DNA of 64,000 nt, from assembly GCA_964414295.1 (NCBI GenBank), contig CAYPVU010000020.1, positions 43,289 to 107,288 on the forward strand, read 5' to 3'. Below the pieces are notes generated by a model. That model was not told the DNA's origin. It did no database searches and was given only the letters and a program-made list of their open reading frames with translations. This DNA comes from an uncultured Candidatus Saccharibacteria bacterium (GTDB lineage: Bacteria > Patescibacteriota > Dojkabacteria > J137). Below are positions 18,512 to 27,825 of this stretch, piece by piece (the stretch's first letter is position 1; every line of letters begins with the position of its first letter). The position numbers and the translations under genes are program-made.

Positions 18512-18913
18512 ATGAATAAACCTATGCAACAAGACGAGAATCCTAATGCAGATAATACTAACTCTAATTCTAGTAAAGTTCAAGATGGCACAACTCAGTC
18601 ATCGTTATCCGATATAAAAAGTAAAGTAAAAGTAGAAGAAATCTCTGAAGGAGTTTATAGGGCGACTACAGAGAAAAGCAGCTATATAATTGAGTATGAT
18701 ATTAATAAATGTATAGGGGCAGCCTCATGTGCTGCTATTGCACCATTGACTTTCTTTATGAACGAAGAAAACAAAGCTCAAATACGTGAAGATGTAGAAG
18801 ACTTTGACGAAGATGAAGTTATTTTAGCAGGTGCCCAATCTTGTCCAGTATTTGCTATAAAAATTATCGAAAAATCTACAGGGAATGTTTTATTCCCTAT
18901 AGAAGGTGACTAA
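18512..18913 (+). CDS. small ferredoxin-like protein with 3 Cys (CxxAxxC...CP, [3Fe-4S]-type) and a disordered N-terminal extension
   Basis: CIGAASCAAIAP ... AQSCPVFAI. The second Cys of the classical CxxCxxC is replaced by Ala. Confidence 0.5.
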   Translation: MNKPMQQDENPNADNTNSNSSKVQDGTTQSSLSDIKSKVKVEEISEGVYRATTEKSSYIIEYDINKCIGAASCAAIAPLTFFMNEENKAQIREDVEDFDEDEVILAGAQSCPVFAIKIIEKSTGNVLFPIEGD

Positions 18914-20036
18914 AATGCAAAATTTAATAAAAAGCATTAAGCGAAACAAACATTTAATACTTTCAGTATTAATAGTTATTCTTGGCTTTTTGTTATTCTT
19001 TCCAACTAAGGTAATTACTATAGATGAGCATGACTATTTAAACAATGCACATCTTTTAATTAATGGTGATTTAAAAACAGATTGTAATTTAAATATACCT
19101 GGCCAGTGGCCAACTAATTTAGGATATTGTATTTCTAAATACAATATCGGTACTTCAATTTTTTTAATACCTGCAGTATTGATTGATACTAATTTAGTGA
19201 TACTGACTTCCTTAGTAATATTTTCTTTTTCTATATTGGTATTCTATAAACTAATAATTTTTTATAAATTAGATAAAAAACTAATTTATATCTTTGCTTT
19301 GTTTCCACCGTTTATATTCTTTTCTAGAACTTTACTTTCCGAAATTTACTCAATGAGTATATTGCTATTTATCTACTACAGCCTTTTAAATCTTAAAAGT
19401 TTTAAGTATAGAATTCTTGCACCTATATTGATTATCATTTCTTTATACATTAGATATACAAATATAATTCCGGTAGGTATATTAGCTATCTACTTCCTTA
19501 TATATTACTTAAGACAAGAATCTTTTAAGGACTTAGTCAAGAAGTATTGGATAATACCTATTATTTTAGGATTAGGTGCAATAACATTGTTTATTTTTAA
19601 TCATAATTACTACGGATTTTTTTTAAGATCAGGATATTACTTCTCGGCAGAAGAGGGTAATATTGTTCCTCTTCAATTCCCAGTTGTATTTTTTAAATAC
19701 TTTTTATTAGTAAATATCTTTTATCCGTTTGGGTTGATTTTTCTTTTTAAAAGCAGGATAAAGCATACAAAGTTATTTGCAGTATTATTTATAACTTTGC
19801 TTTTATTCTACAGTATAGTAAAAAATGAAAGTTTCCCCGGCAAATTATCAGATATTATATTAGGCTTAAGATTTTTAATTCCAGTATATCCATTTTTAAT
19901 ACTTCCTTATGCTGGATTAATAAATAACTTTAAAAATGAAAGGGTTTATAAATATTTGATGTATACTATTATTATCCTATTAATTTGTTCAAGCCTGTTA
20001 GTGAATTTACTGCACTATAATTTTATAAATAAATGA
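18906..20036 (+). CDS. GT-C fold membrane glycosyltransferase (ArnT/PMT GT39/GT83-like)
   Basis: About 10 TM helices. The first extracytoplasmic loop carries a DE motif (TIDEHDYLNNAHLL), as in ArnT/PMT. Confidence 0.5.
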   Translation: MTKMQNLIKSIKRNKHLILSVLIVILGFLLFFPTKVITIDEHDYLNNAHLLINGDLKTDCNLNIPGQWPTNLGYCISKYNIGTSIFLIPAVLIDTNLVILTSLVIFSFSILVFYKLIIFYKLDKKLIYIFALFPPFIFFSRTLLSEIYSMSILLFIYYSLLNLKSFKYRILAPILIIISLYIRYTNIIPVGILAIYFLIYYLRQESFKDLVKKYWIIPIILGLGAITLFIFNHNYYGFFLRSGYYFSAEEGNIVPLQFPVVFFKYFLLVNIFYPFGLIFLFKSRIKHTKLFAVLFITLLLFYSIVKNESFPGKLSDIILGLRFLIPVYPFLILPYAGLINNFKNERVYKYLMYTIIILLICSSLLVNLLHYNFINK

Positions 20037-21181
20037 AAATAATATTACTTACAACTTTCTATAAACCTTCTGTGGGAGGGGTGGAGAGACAGGTAGAAGA
20101 AATATTTTTAAATCTAAAGAAGAGAGGACACAATGTAAGGGTCTTTACTACTGATGCTTCTCATTCAACTAATAAAAGGTTAAAAAATGTTCCTGTTGAA
20201 CATGATGTAGAAAGATTTAAATATTTGTTTGGATTTGGATTCTTTTTTAGATTCTCCTTGAGTCTTGTAATAAATCTACTATTTACAGACTTTGATGTAG
20301 TACATGTCCATAATTCACACGATGCCCATTTACTTCCGGCTCTATTAATAAAGATAATTAGAAGAAAAAAGATTGTAATTACTGGACATAATCCTTATGT
20401 AGTAGATAAATCCAAGCGAAAAGAAAGACTGTCAAAAGGAGTAATATTATTTGACTCAATATTAAAAATCTTTAGATTAGGTGTAGATAAATATATTGCA
20501 TTGTTAGAATCCGAGAAGCAATTTGTAAATAACTACTTAAAGATTCCCCTAAATAAGATAGACATTATTCCAAATGGAATTAGAGATCCTTATTACAAGG
20601 AAGTAAGACAACTTACCGATAGTAATCTTTTTTATACCAAATATAATTTAGATAAAGATAAGTATAAATTAGTTGCAGGATTACTATGTAGAGTAGATTT
20701 TGTAAAAGGTATTCAAAACTTAAAAACTGCAGTTAATAATAATCCCGACTGTTTATTTATAATAGGGGGCGGAGATGGGGGATATTTAGAATCTCTAAAA
20801 GAAATGTTTAAAGAAAACTCTAATATATTTTTTACAGGAGAATTTTTGAATGTAAATGAGTCATTAGACTTTTATGCGTTTATTGATATATTTTTGCTAC
20901 CAAGTGTATATGAACCTTTTGGTATTACAATTGTAGAAGCTATGACCCAAGGTAAGTATATATTGGCAAGTTCTAAAGGGGGGCCTAAAGAGATTATTAA
21001 AGGAGAGTACGGGGAAGTTCTTGATCCTTTAAATGAACAAATGTGGTCCGATAGAATTAAGGATATAAAAGAGAGTATCGATGTTTTTACTACTAAGGGG
21101 CAACTTGGAATTAAAGACTCTTTAGAGTATAAGTGGGAAAGAATTACCGATAAATTAGTAAGTTTATATAAATCAATTTGA
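20033..21181 (+). CDS. GT4-family (GT-B) glycosyltransferase
   Basis: C-terminal EPFGITIVEAM (E-x7-E motif), plus a GT1-like N-terminal domain. Confidence 0.7.
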   Translation: MKIILLTTFYKPSVGGVERQVEEIFLNLKKRGHNVRVFTTDASHSTNKRLKNVPVEHDVERFKYLFGFGFFFRFSLSLVINLLFTDFDVVHVHNSHDAHLLPALLIKIIRRKKIVITGHNPYVVDKSKRKERLSKGVILFDSILKIFRLGVDKYIALLESEKQFVNNYLKIPLNKIDIIPNGIRDPYYKEVRQLTDSNLFYTKYNLDKDKYKLVAGLLCRVDFVKGIQNLKTAVNNNPDCLFIIGGGDGGYLESLKEMFKENSNIFFTGEFLNVNESLDFYAFIDIFLLPSVYEPFGITIVEAMTQGKYILASSKGGPKEIIKGEYGEVLDPLNEQMWSDRIKDIKESIDVFTTKGQLGIKDSLEYKWERITDKLVSLYKSI

Positions 21182-21257
21182 TATAATTTTTTTATTCTTC
21201 ACTTAGAATTCAAAGGTGAAGGCTAAAATTGTTTTATTAAATGTTTAGATATAAATT

Positions 21258-21926
21258 ATGAAAATACCATCTTTTGTTTGGGTTGTACTTATTCTTATAG
21301 TAGGATTTGGTTTTTTAATGCTTTTAGCAAATCAAAAAAACAATCAAAGTGTAGTTAATGCAACATTACCTGTAGATGTAGAAGTTTATGTAGATTTTAA
21401 CTGTCCACACTGTGCTGAATTTGAACCATTTGTAACTGAGGCTAGAGAAAAATATGGAGATAAAGTTAATATTCAGGTAAAAATGCTTCCATTTTTAACT
21501 TCTGGACAAACTCCAGACACATCTGCCGAATATGCTTATGCAGCTTTAGCAGCAGGAAAGCAAGATAAAAAAGAGGAATTTACAGAATTGCTTTTTAAAT
21601 GGATAACATTTAGAAAAAGCCCTACAAATACAATCTTTACCTATACAGATGAAGAGAAGCAATTATTTGCAAATACAATAAATTTGGAAGAATTAGCTTC
21701 TTATTTAGAGCTTGACGTTCAAAAGTTTAATGCAGATAGAGTTAGTTCCGAAGTTAAAGCAGAATTACTTGCAGAAAAAGATTCCGCAGTAAAAAGAATG
21801 GGTGCTATTTCTACACCAGCAGTCTTTTACTATGGCACTTACCAAAAACTAAGTACGTATAACGATTTAGATGCTAAAATTGATTCCTATATAAAGCAAG
21901 CTGAAGCCTCAACAACAAATAAATAA
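21258..21926 (+). CDS. membrane-anchored DsbA-family thiol:disulfide oxidoreductase
   Basis: N-terminal TM and the thioredoxin active site CPHC. Confidence 0.7.
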   Translation: MKIPSFVWVVLILIVGFGFLMLLANQKNNQSVVNATLPVDVEVYVDFNCPHCAEFEPFVTEAREKYGDKVNIQVKMLPFLTSGQTPDTSAEYAYAALAAGKQDKKEEFTELLFKWITFRKSPTNTIFTYTDEEKQLFANTINLEELASYLELDVQKFNADRVSSEVKAELLAEKDSAVKRMGAISTPAVFYYGTYQKLSTYNDLDAKIDSYIKQAEASTTNK

Positions 21927-21930
21927 ACCT

Positions 21931-22689
21931 ATGAGATTAAGTCGTTTTTTTACAGAAAGAAAGAATTTAAGAATTGGTAGCAGTGTTAAATTGGCAGATA
22001 CGGATATAGAACATATTAGAAAAGTTCTTAGATTACAGAAAGGCGATAAGGTAATAGTATTTAACGGTGAAAAAGAATTTTCTGCAATTTTAACTCTTGT
22101 TAAAAAGGATGTTGTACTAGTTAAACTCGAAGAATTACTAAAGGAAGATTTAGAAAAATCCGATAGAACTAAATTTACATTAATACAAGGTTTATTAAGA
22201 GCTGGTAAATTTGATACTATAATTGAAAAAACTACAGAATTAGGTATTGATAATATTATTCCTACTGAATGCGACTTTTCTCAGACTAAAGTTGAAGTTG
22301 TAGAAAGAAAACTAGATAGATGGAATAAACTAGCTGTCGCTGCTGCCAAGCAGAGTGAAAGAATAGATGTTCCTTTAATCTATGAAGGAGTTGTATTTAA
22401 GGATTTGGAAAACTTACTTAAAGAATTTGATGAAGTTATTTTTTTTACAATACCTAGAAAGAAAATTCCCGAATCTTTAGAATCATTAAAGCTATCACAA
22501 CTAAAACCTAACAAAACTGCTAAGAATATTGCATTTCTAATTGGGCCAGAAGGCGGTTTTTCGCCTAGAGAACATGAATGGGCTAAAAGCTGGAACTTAA
22601 AGTTTGTCCATTTTGATGGACCTGTATTAAGATCAGAAACTGCAAGTATTGTTTTAACCGGAATATTAAAATATATTTATTCTATTTAG
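21931..22689 (+). CDS. rsmE: 16S rRNA (uracil1498-N3)-methyltransferase
   Basis: N-terminal PUA-like region and the C-terminal SPOUT motif GPEGGFSPRE. Confidence 0.8.
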   Translation: MRLSRFFTERKNLRIGSSVKLADTDIEHIRKVLRLQKGDKVIVFNGEKEFSAILTLVKKDVVLVKLEELLKEDLEKSDRTKFTLIQGLLRAGKFDTIIEKTTELGIDNIIPTECDFSQTKVEVVERKLDRWNKLAVAAAKQSERIDVPLIYEGVVFKDLENLLKEFDEVIFFTIPRKKIPESLESLKLSQLKPNKTAKNIAFLIGPEGGFSPREHEWAKSWNLKFVHFDGPVLRSETASIVLTGILKYIYSI

Positions 22690-23419
22690 ATAGAATTAGA
22701 TATAGTTCGTTAGAAGTTCTTAGACTTTGATTTTCTAGTTTAAGGTTATATATTTTGGCCATATTCTTAATTTCTTCTAATCTCCAGTATCTTTGTTTTA
22801 TAAAGGTTAGTTTTTTATCTATTAACTTGCTATTTCTATATACTTCTACTTCTTCTTTAGATATTGAAGTATTTGTTTTAGATAGGTATTTATATGTAGA
22901 CCAATGCATTTTATAAGTTATTTCACCAAGGGTTTTTTCTGTTGTAAAATCAAACCTAGCAGGATTAACTAATTGTGCATTATCAATGTTGATTAATATT
23001 TTGCCATCTTGAACTAATAATTCCTTTAGTCTTTTAAGCAAACTAAGTGCATCTTTTTTAGTTAGTGCAATTTCATTAAAAGAGTTCCATAAAAGTATTA
23101 TTAAATTAAACTTTTCTTGGGGAGCAAAGTTAAAAATACTTTTATTTACTATTAGCAAATTATCATTCGTATAGTTTTTATTAATTTCGTTTAGCATTAA
23201 TGAAGACGAATCTAAAGCAGTAACATTAAACCCCAATTTAGCTAAAGGGATCGAGTGTCTACCAGTCCCCGCTCCAACATCTAATATATTTGAACCAGGT
23301 TCTGTAAGTCTATTAATTAGTGAAATCTCTTCATCAGTAACTTCAATACTTTTTAAAGGAAGACTTACTAAATCGTAATATTTAGACGTTACATTATTAG
23401 GGTTAGAAATTAATCCCAT
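22682..23419 (-). CDS. class I SAM-dependent methyltransferase
   Basis: SAM-binding motif I ILDVGAGTGRHS, then an acidic residue after beta2 (ALDSS). Confidence 0.65.
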   Translation of the reverse strand: MGLISNPNNVTSKYYDLVSLPLKSIEVTDEEISLINRLTEPGSNILDVGAGTGRHSIPLAKLGFNVTALDSSSLMLNEINKNYTNDNLLIVNKSIFNFAPQEKFNLIILLWNSFNEIALTKKDALSLLKRLKELLVQDGKILINIDNAQLVNPARFDFTTEKTLGEITYKMHWSTYKYLSKTNTSISKEEVEVYRNSKLIDKKLTFIKQRYWRLEEIKNMAKIYNLKLENQSLRTSNELYLILSK

Positions 23420-24522
23420 TCGCTTACAGGAAAATAATTAATATCAGAGATATTTTTAGCATTTGCAAATACCATCGCAATTCTATCTAACCCAATTCCT
23501 ATTCCAGCAACATTTGGTAAACCACTTTTAAGTGCATTTATTAAATCATGGTCAAATGCAATCTCTTTAAGCCCTAACTTTTTTCTAGCCTCTGCTTCTT
23601 CAATAAACCTTTGTTCTTGGTAAGTTGCATCAATTAATTCTGTATATCCATTTCCAATCTCTTTTCTTGCTAAGTAGATTTCGATTCGCTCACAAACTAG
23701 AGGATTTGTTGTGCTTGGCTTTGTAAGTACACATATCTGCTTAGGAAAGTCATATACAAAAACAGGTTTATTTGTAGGTAATTTAGGCTCAATTTCGTTT
23801 GCCCAAATCCATTCGTATATTCTTTGCCAATCATCTTCGTTAGTTACATTATATCCTTTATTAATAGCAACTTTTCTAAATTCATTTTCATCCTGAATTT
23901 CATTCAATTTTATTCCTGCGAACTTTTCTAAGGCTTCAGGTATTGATACTTTATGCCAAGGAGCACTTAAATCAATTATTGAACCTTGATAATTTATGCT
24001 TAAATCTTGATTATAAGGAGTTACATCAATAGGAAATCGATTAAGTTTCTGTTCTTTTGCTAAACTTTCTTTTATGTAGTTAAATAAAAAAGTAAAAAGC
24101 TCTTCGCAGTCATTCATTAATCCTCTGTAATCTGTATTTAAATGGTACCATTCAAGCATAGTAAATTCTGGAGAATGATTAACTCCAATTTCTTCCAAAC
24201 CCCTTAATACTTTGGTAATTACAAAATGCTCCCCTAATCCTGCAGCTAATATTTTTTTATTATATGTTTCTGTTGTTGGAGTTATGTATCCTACCTTAAC
24301 TTTATTATCTTTTAATTCTATATTTGTTGTTAATATATCTAAGTATCTTTCCTGAGGTAGAGCATTGGTAATTATAGGACTTTCTAATTCGTGATAGTTT
24401 CTTCCTTCAAAGAACTTTCTACACCCTTGAATAAGATATTCTTTTATAAAATACCTTTGAAATAATAGAGGGTTTTCTTTTAATTTCTGCCAAGTTTTCA
24501 TAGATATAAAAAACGGATTCAA
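23410..24522 (-). CDS. epmA: elongation factor P-(R)-beta-lysine ligase (EpmA/PoxA/GenX; LysRS catalytic-domain paralog lacking the anticodon-binding domain)
   Basis: HSPEFTMLEWY, PVFVYDFP, ERIEIYLARKEIGNGY and class II motif 3 GIGIGLDRIAM are present. There is no OB-fold N-terminus. It sits immediately upstream of efp. Confidence 0.8.
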   Translation of the reverse strand: MNPFFISMKTWQKLKENPLLFQRYFIKEYLIQGCRKFFEGRNYHELESPIITNALPQERYLDILTTNIELKDNKVKVGYITPTTETYNKKILAAGLGEHFVITKVLRGLEEIGVNHSPEFTMLEWYHLNTDYRGLMNDCEELFTFLFNYIKESLAKEQKLNRFPIDVTPYNQDLSINYQGSIIDLSAPWHKVSIPEALEKFAGIKLNEIQDENEFRKVAINKGYNVTNEDDWQRIYEWIWANEIEPKLPTNKPVFVYDFPKQICVLTKPSTTNPLVCERIEIYLARKEIGNGYTELIDATYQEQRFIEEAEARKKLGLKEIAFDHDLINALKSGLPNVAGIGIGLDRIAMVFANAKNISDINYFPVSEWD

Positions 24523-24572
24523 GTTGTATTAATATATTTAATAGTAACTCAAATCCGTATTAATAGTAAGTA

Positions 24573-25136
24573 TTATTCGTTAGCTTTAGAGTAGTACTCG
24601 TTTGTTTCAGTATTAATTAGAATTTTCTCTCCATTTTTTATAAATAATGGAACTTTAACTTTTAATCCTGTTTCAACTGTAACTTCTTTCATAGCATTTG
24701 TTGCAGTATCGCCTCTAACTGCATCAGGTGCTTCAATTATAGTTAATGCAATCTTACCTGGTAATTGTACATAAATTACTTCATCTTCGTAAAAAGACAT
24801 TACGTACTTTGCATCTGAGTGTAGGTAATCAGTACCCCCAGGGATTAAATCTAATGAAACTGTTACTTGATCAAATGTATCTGGATTCATAAAATACGCA
24901 CTGTCTCCATCATTATAAAGATACTGCATATTCCTAGTTGAAACCTCTAATTCTTCAACCTTTTCTCCTGATTTTAAAACAATATTTACAAATTTACCTG
25001 TTTTAATAGACTTTAATTTACATCTATTAAATGCAGATCCTTTTCCAGGTGAATAAAACTCTTTTTCAACTAAAATATGAGGCTCGTTGTTGTGTTTTAT
25101 AATCATTCCTCTATATAGCTCTGATGTTGCTGACAT
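24573..25136 (-). CDS. efp: elongation factor P
   Basis: SPGKGSAFNRCKLKSIKTGK carries the modified-Lys loop. The start is set at MSATSELYRGM; the ORF-track start at 25166 adds 10 non-conserved residues. Confidence 0.85.
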   Translation of the reverse strand: MSATSELYRGMIIKHNNEPHILVEKEFYSPGKGSAFNRCKLKSIKTGKFVNIVLKSGEKVEELEVSTRNMQYLYNDGDSAYFMNPDTFDQVTVSLDLIPGGTDYLHSDAKYVMSFYEDEVIYVQLPGKIALTIIEAPDAVRGDTATNAMKEVTVETGLKVKVPLFIKNGEKILINTETNEYYSKANE

Positions 25137-25464
25137 GTTTCTTAATATAATAATTACATTCCACAATTCAAATAGTTTATATATCCAGTAAATAACAAGA
25201 TTTGTGAATTTATAGATTATTCAAATTGATCGGATAATTCTACCAAAAAAGGATCATTATTGCTATAGGGCTTAATGGGCTTTTCTTATTTACTAAAATT
25301 TTACACAAGAATTAATTGACACGTAAGAAATTATTGATAAAATCCTACGTCTTAGCAAGATATTTTAATTAAAGTTAAATTGCACTTATGGCTAAAACAG
25401 CTTATATGGTGACCATGTTAGTTGCCGCCTGGTTTGCTGATTTACTATTAATTGGTGGAGATGA

Positions 25465-26565
25465 TTAATTGTGATAGTAACCAATGGCTTCAGAGATATG
25501 GTTGAATCCATCCTTCTTTGCTAACTGTTCTAATCCCTTATTAATTTCTTTAATAAGGGAAGGTCCCTCAAATATCATTCCTGTTATTAACTCTAGTAAA
25601 GTAGCACCTCTTTTTATTTTTTCGTAAGCATCCTCAGCTGAAAATATACCTCCAACTCCAATTATTTTTAAACTAGTACCGTAGTTTTTGTATGTATAGC
25701 TAATTAGATTGTTGCATAAGCTCTGTGTAGGCAATCCACTAATTCCTCCTTTAACATTTTCTGGAATTTCATCTTTTATTAAAGCTGGATCTTTTACCTT
25801 TGTTAAGTTACCTATTACTACACCTGTAAATTTGTATTTTTGTATAACTTTTAGTAGTAAATCAAACTCTTCTATCTGTAGATTAATAGGCATTTTTACA
25901 AAAATAGGTTTTTCAGTTTTTAACTCTGAAAGTTTATTCAATAATCTTTCGAGTTTGTCTTCTGTAGTAAAGGGTTCACCTCCAAAAGTATTAGGGCAAG
26001 AAATATTAATTGTATAGTATTGTCCAATATTATTATCTATTAAATACTTTAAACACTCATAATAATCTTGTATACCTGCTTCTTCAGTTGAAGTCTTAGA
26101 TGAGTTAGTTTTTGCTACAGAAACTCCTAGTACCATATCTGTCTTTAGAGCTTCTTTTATTCTATTTGCAACTTTCTTTACACCATCGTTCATTAGACCA
26201 TAGTAGACCACTAGTCCTTTAGATTTTTTTAATCTATAAAGTCTTGGTTTAGGATTCCCTTTATAGCTATCTAAAGTAACAGATCCAATTTCTTCAAATC
26301 CAAATCCTACATAAGGTAGAATATTTAGTAATTTTGCGTTCTTATCAAAACCCGCAGAAAGTCCTACCGGATTTTGAAAATTAACATTACTAATTTTTTG
26401 TTCTAAGAATGGAGAAGAGTAGTAGAATATCTTTTTTGTTACAAATCTAGTAACTCTGTATCTACCCAAAAAAACACCAAAGTAAGTTATTGAGTCGTGT
26501 ATAAATTCGGGATCGAATTTAAAGACAATAGGTTTAAAAATGTATTTATAAAGTGTAGTGACCAT
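25465..26565 (-). CDS. pyrD: dihydroorotate dehydrogenase (quinone), class 2
   Basis: NPVGLSAGFDKNAK, GNPKPRLYRL, NISCPNT and IGVGGIFSAEDA. Confidence 0.85.
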   Translation of the reverse strand: MVTTLYKYIFKPIVFKFDPEFIHDSITYFGVFLGRYRVTRFVTKKIFYYSSPFLEQKISNVNFQNPVGLSAGFDKNAKLLNILPYVGFGFEEIGSVTLDSYKGNPKPRLYRLKKSKGLVVYYGLMNDGVKKVANRIKEALKTDMVLGVSVAKTNSSKTSTEEAGIQDYYECLKYLIDNNIGQYYTINISCPNTFGGEPFTTEDKLERLLNKLSELKTEKPIFVKMPINLQIEEFDLLLKVIQKYKFTGVVIGNLTKVKDPALIKDEIPENVKGGISGLPTQSLCNNLISYTYKNYGTSLKIIGVGGIFSAEDAYEKIKRGATLLELITGMIFEGPSLIKEINKGLEQLAKKDGFNHISEAIGYYHN

Positions 26566-26607
26566 GTAAAACTATTTTATTCCTCTTTTCTATTTTTGCA
26601 AGAAGAA

Positions 26608-26961
26608 TTAATTGCACTCCTCGCACTTACCTTTTAGGTTTAGTTCAAAGTCTTTTATATCTAGATTAAGTGGTAGTAGTTTTTTTAGTTGCTCTGTATC
26701 TATGTCTACAGGTATAACTTTTTCGCAGTTTTGACAAATAAAGTGCTGATGATAGTCATGTTCTACATTAATTTCGTAGCTTGATACACCTTTTTTAACA
26801 TTTACTTCTCTTAGAATTCCCTGTTCTACAAATAAAGCTATATTTCTATATATAGTTGCTCGATCTATATCGGGTAGCTTTTGAGTAACTTCATTAGCAG
26901 TTAGTAAATCACCGTTTTTGAATATTTCTAAAATCTTTTCTCTTTTTTGACTATTTTTCAT
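26608..26961 (-). CDS. Fur-family metalloregulator (probably Zur)
   Basis: wHTH N-terminus, HHHFICQNCEKV and the C-terminal CEEC. It is divergent from a ZIP zinc transporter gene. Confidence 0.75.
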   Translation of the reverse strand: MKNSQKREKILEIFKNGDLLTANEVTQKLPDIDRATIYRNIALFVEQGILREVNVKKGVSSYEINVEHDYHQHFICQNCEKVIPVDIDTEQLKKLLPLNLDIKDFELNLKGKCEECN

Positions 26962-26990
26962 ACGTAATGCAAATAAGTTGCAAAATTATA

Positions 26991-27007
26991 ATGCGACACT
27001 GTTGCAT
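26991..27007. promoter_or_regulatory. candidate Fur/Zur operator (imperfect 17-bp palindrome) in the divergent promoter region
   Basis: ATGCGACACTGTTGCAT matches its own reverse complement at 14 of 17 positions. An upstream TGCAA...TTGCAAAAT repeat is also present. Confidence 0.35.
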
Positions 27008-27051
27008 TTGTCAAAGATATAATTTAAAATCCCTTATCTTATTTTATTAGT

Positions 27052-27825
27052 TTGTTTATGGATTCTATTTTAATGCCAATAGGCGCATCACTTTTAGTCA
27101 GTTTAATGTCATTTGTAGGTATAGTTTTATTAGTAAATAAAATATCTAAAAGTTTTATATTAACTGCTTTAATCTCCTTTGCAGCAGGTAGTTTAATAGG
27201 AGATGTTTTTTTCCACTTATTACCGGAGAGTATAGAAACTTACGGATATTCTAATACCACAGTATTTGGAATATTAATTGGTATTATTTTAATGTTATTA
27301 GTAGAAGCATATCTGCACTGTAGTCATGATTCTGAAGAAGAAATTGAAAAAGCAAATGACCATTCCACACATTCGCATGTACATTTAGGGAAATTAAATA
27401 CTTTAGGAGATGCTTTACATAATTATTTAGATGGAGTTGCATTAGCATCTAGCTTTCTAATTTCTCCAGAAATTGGTATTGCTACTACTGTTGCCATTAT
27501 ACTGCACGAAATACCGCAAGAGTTTGCAGATGTTTCTGTATTGGTTTATGCAGGCTGGAGCAAGGCTAAAATTTTAGTAATGAACTTTTTAACTGCTCTA
27601 ACATCCTTACTTGGAGTATTTACTGTATATATTCTAAGCAGTATTAATAGTGAATTAGAAATGTATTTAATTCCAATTGCAATAGGTCAATTTATCTATA
27701 TAGCACTTGCAGATTTACTGCCGGTAATACATAAAAAAGCTGGAGTAAAAAAATATATAATAGAAATTACTACATTTTTAATAGGCATAGGTTTAATGTA
27801 TTTGCTTACACTAGCAGAAGCCTAA
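27052..27825 (+). CDS. zupT: ZIP-family zinc transporter
   Basis: Eight TM helices, a His-rich loop (HDSEEEIEKANDHSTHSHVH) and the HEIPQEFAD motif. Confidence 0.8.
   Translation: MFMDSILMPIGASLLVSLMSFVGIVLLVNKISKSFILTALISFAAGSLIGDVFFHLLPESIETYGYSNTTVFGILIGIILMLLVEAYLHCSHDSEEEIEKANDHSTHSHVHLGKLNTLGDALHNYLDGVALASSFLISPEIGIATTVAIILHEIPQEFADVSVLVYAGWSKAKILVMNFLTALTSLLGVFTVYILSSINSELEMYLIPIAIGQFIYIALADLLPVIHKKAGVKKYIIEITTFLIGIGLMYLLTLAEA

Noticed and set aside
23410-24522. Calling the 370-aa class II synthetase-like gene lysS
   Set aside because: It lacks the N-terminal OB anticodon-binding domain and matches EpmA-specific motifs. Its position next to efp supports epmA rather than a genuine LysRS.
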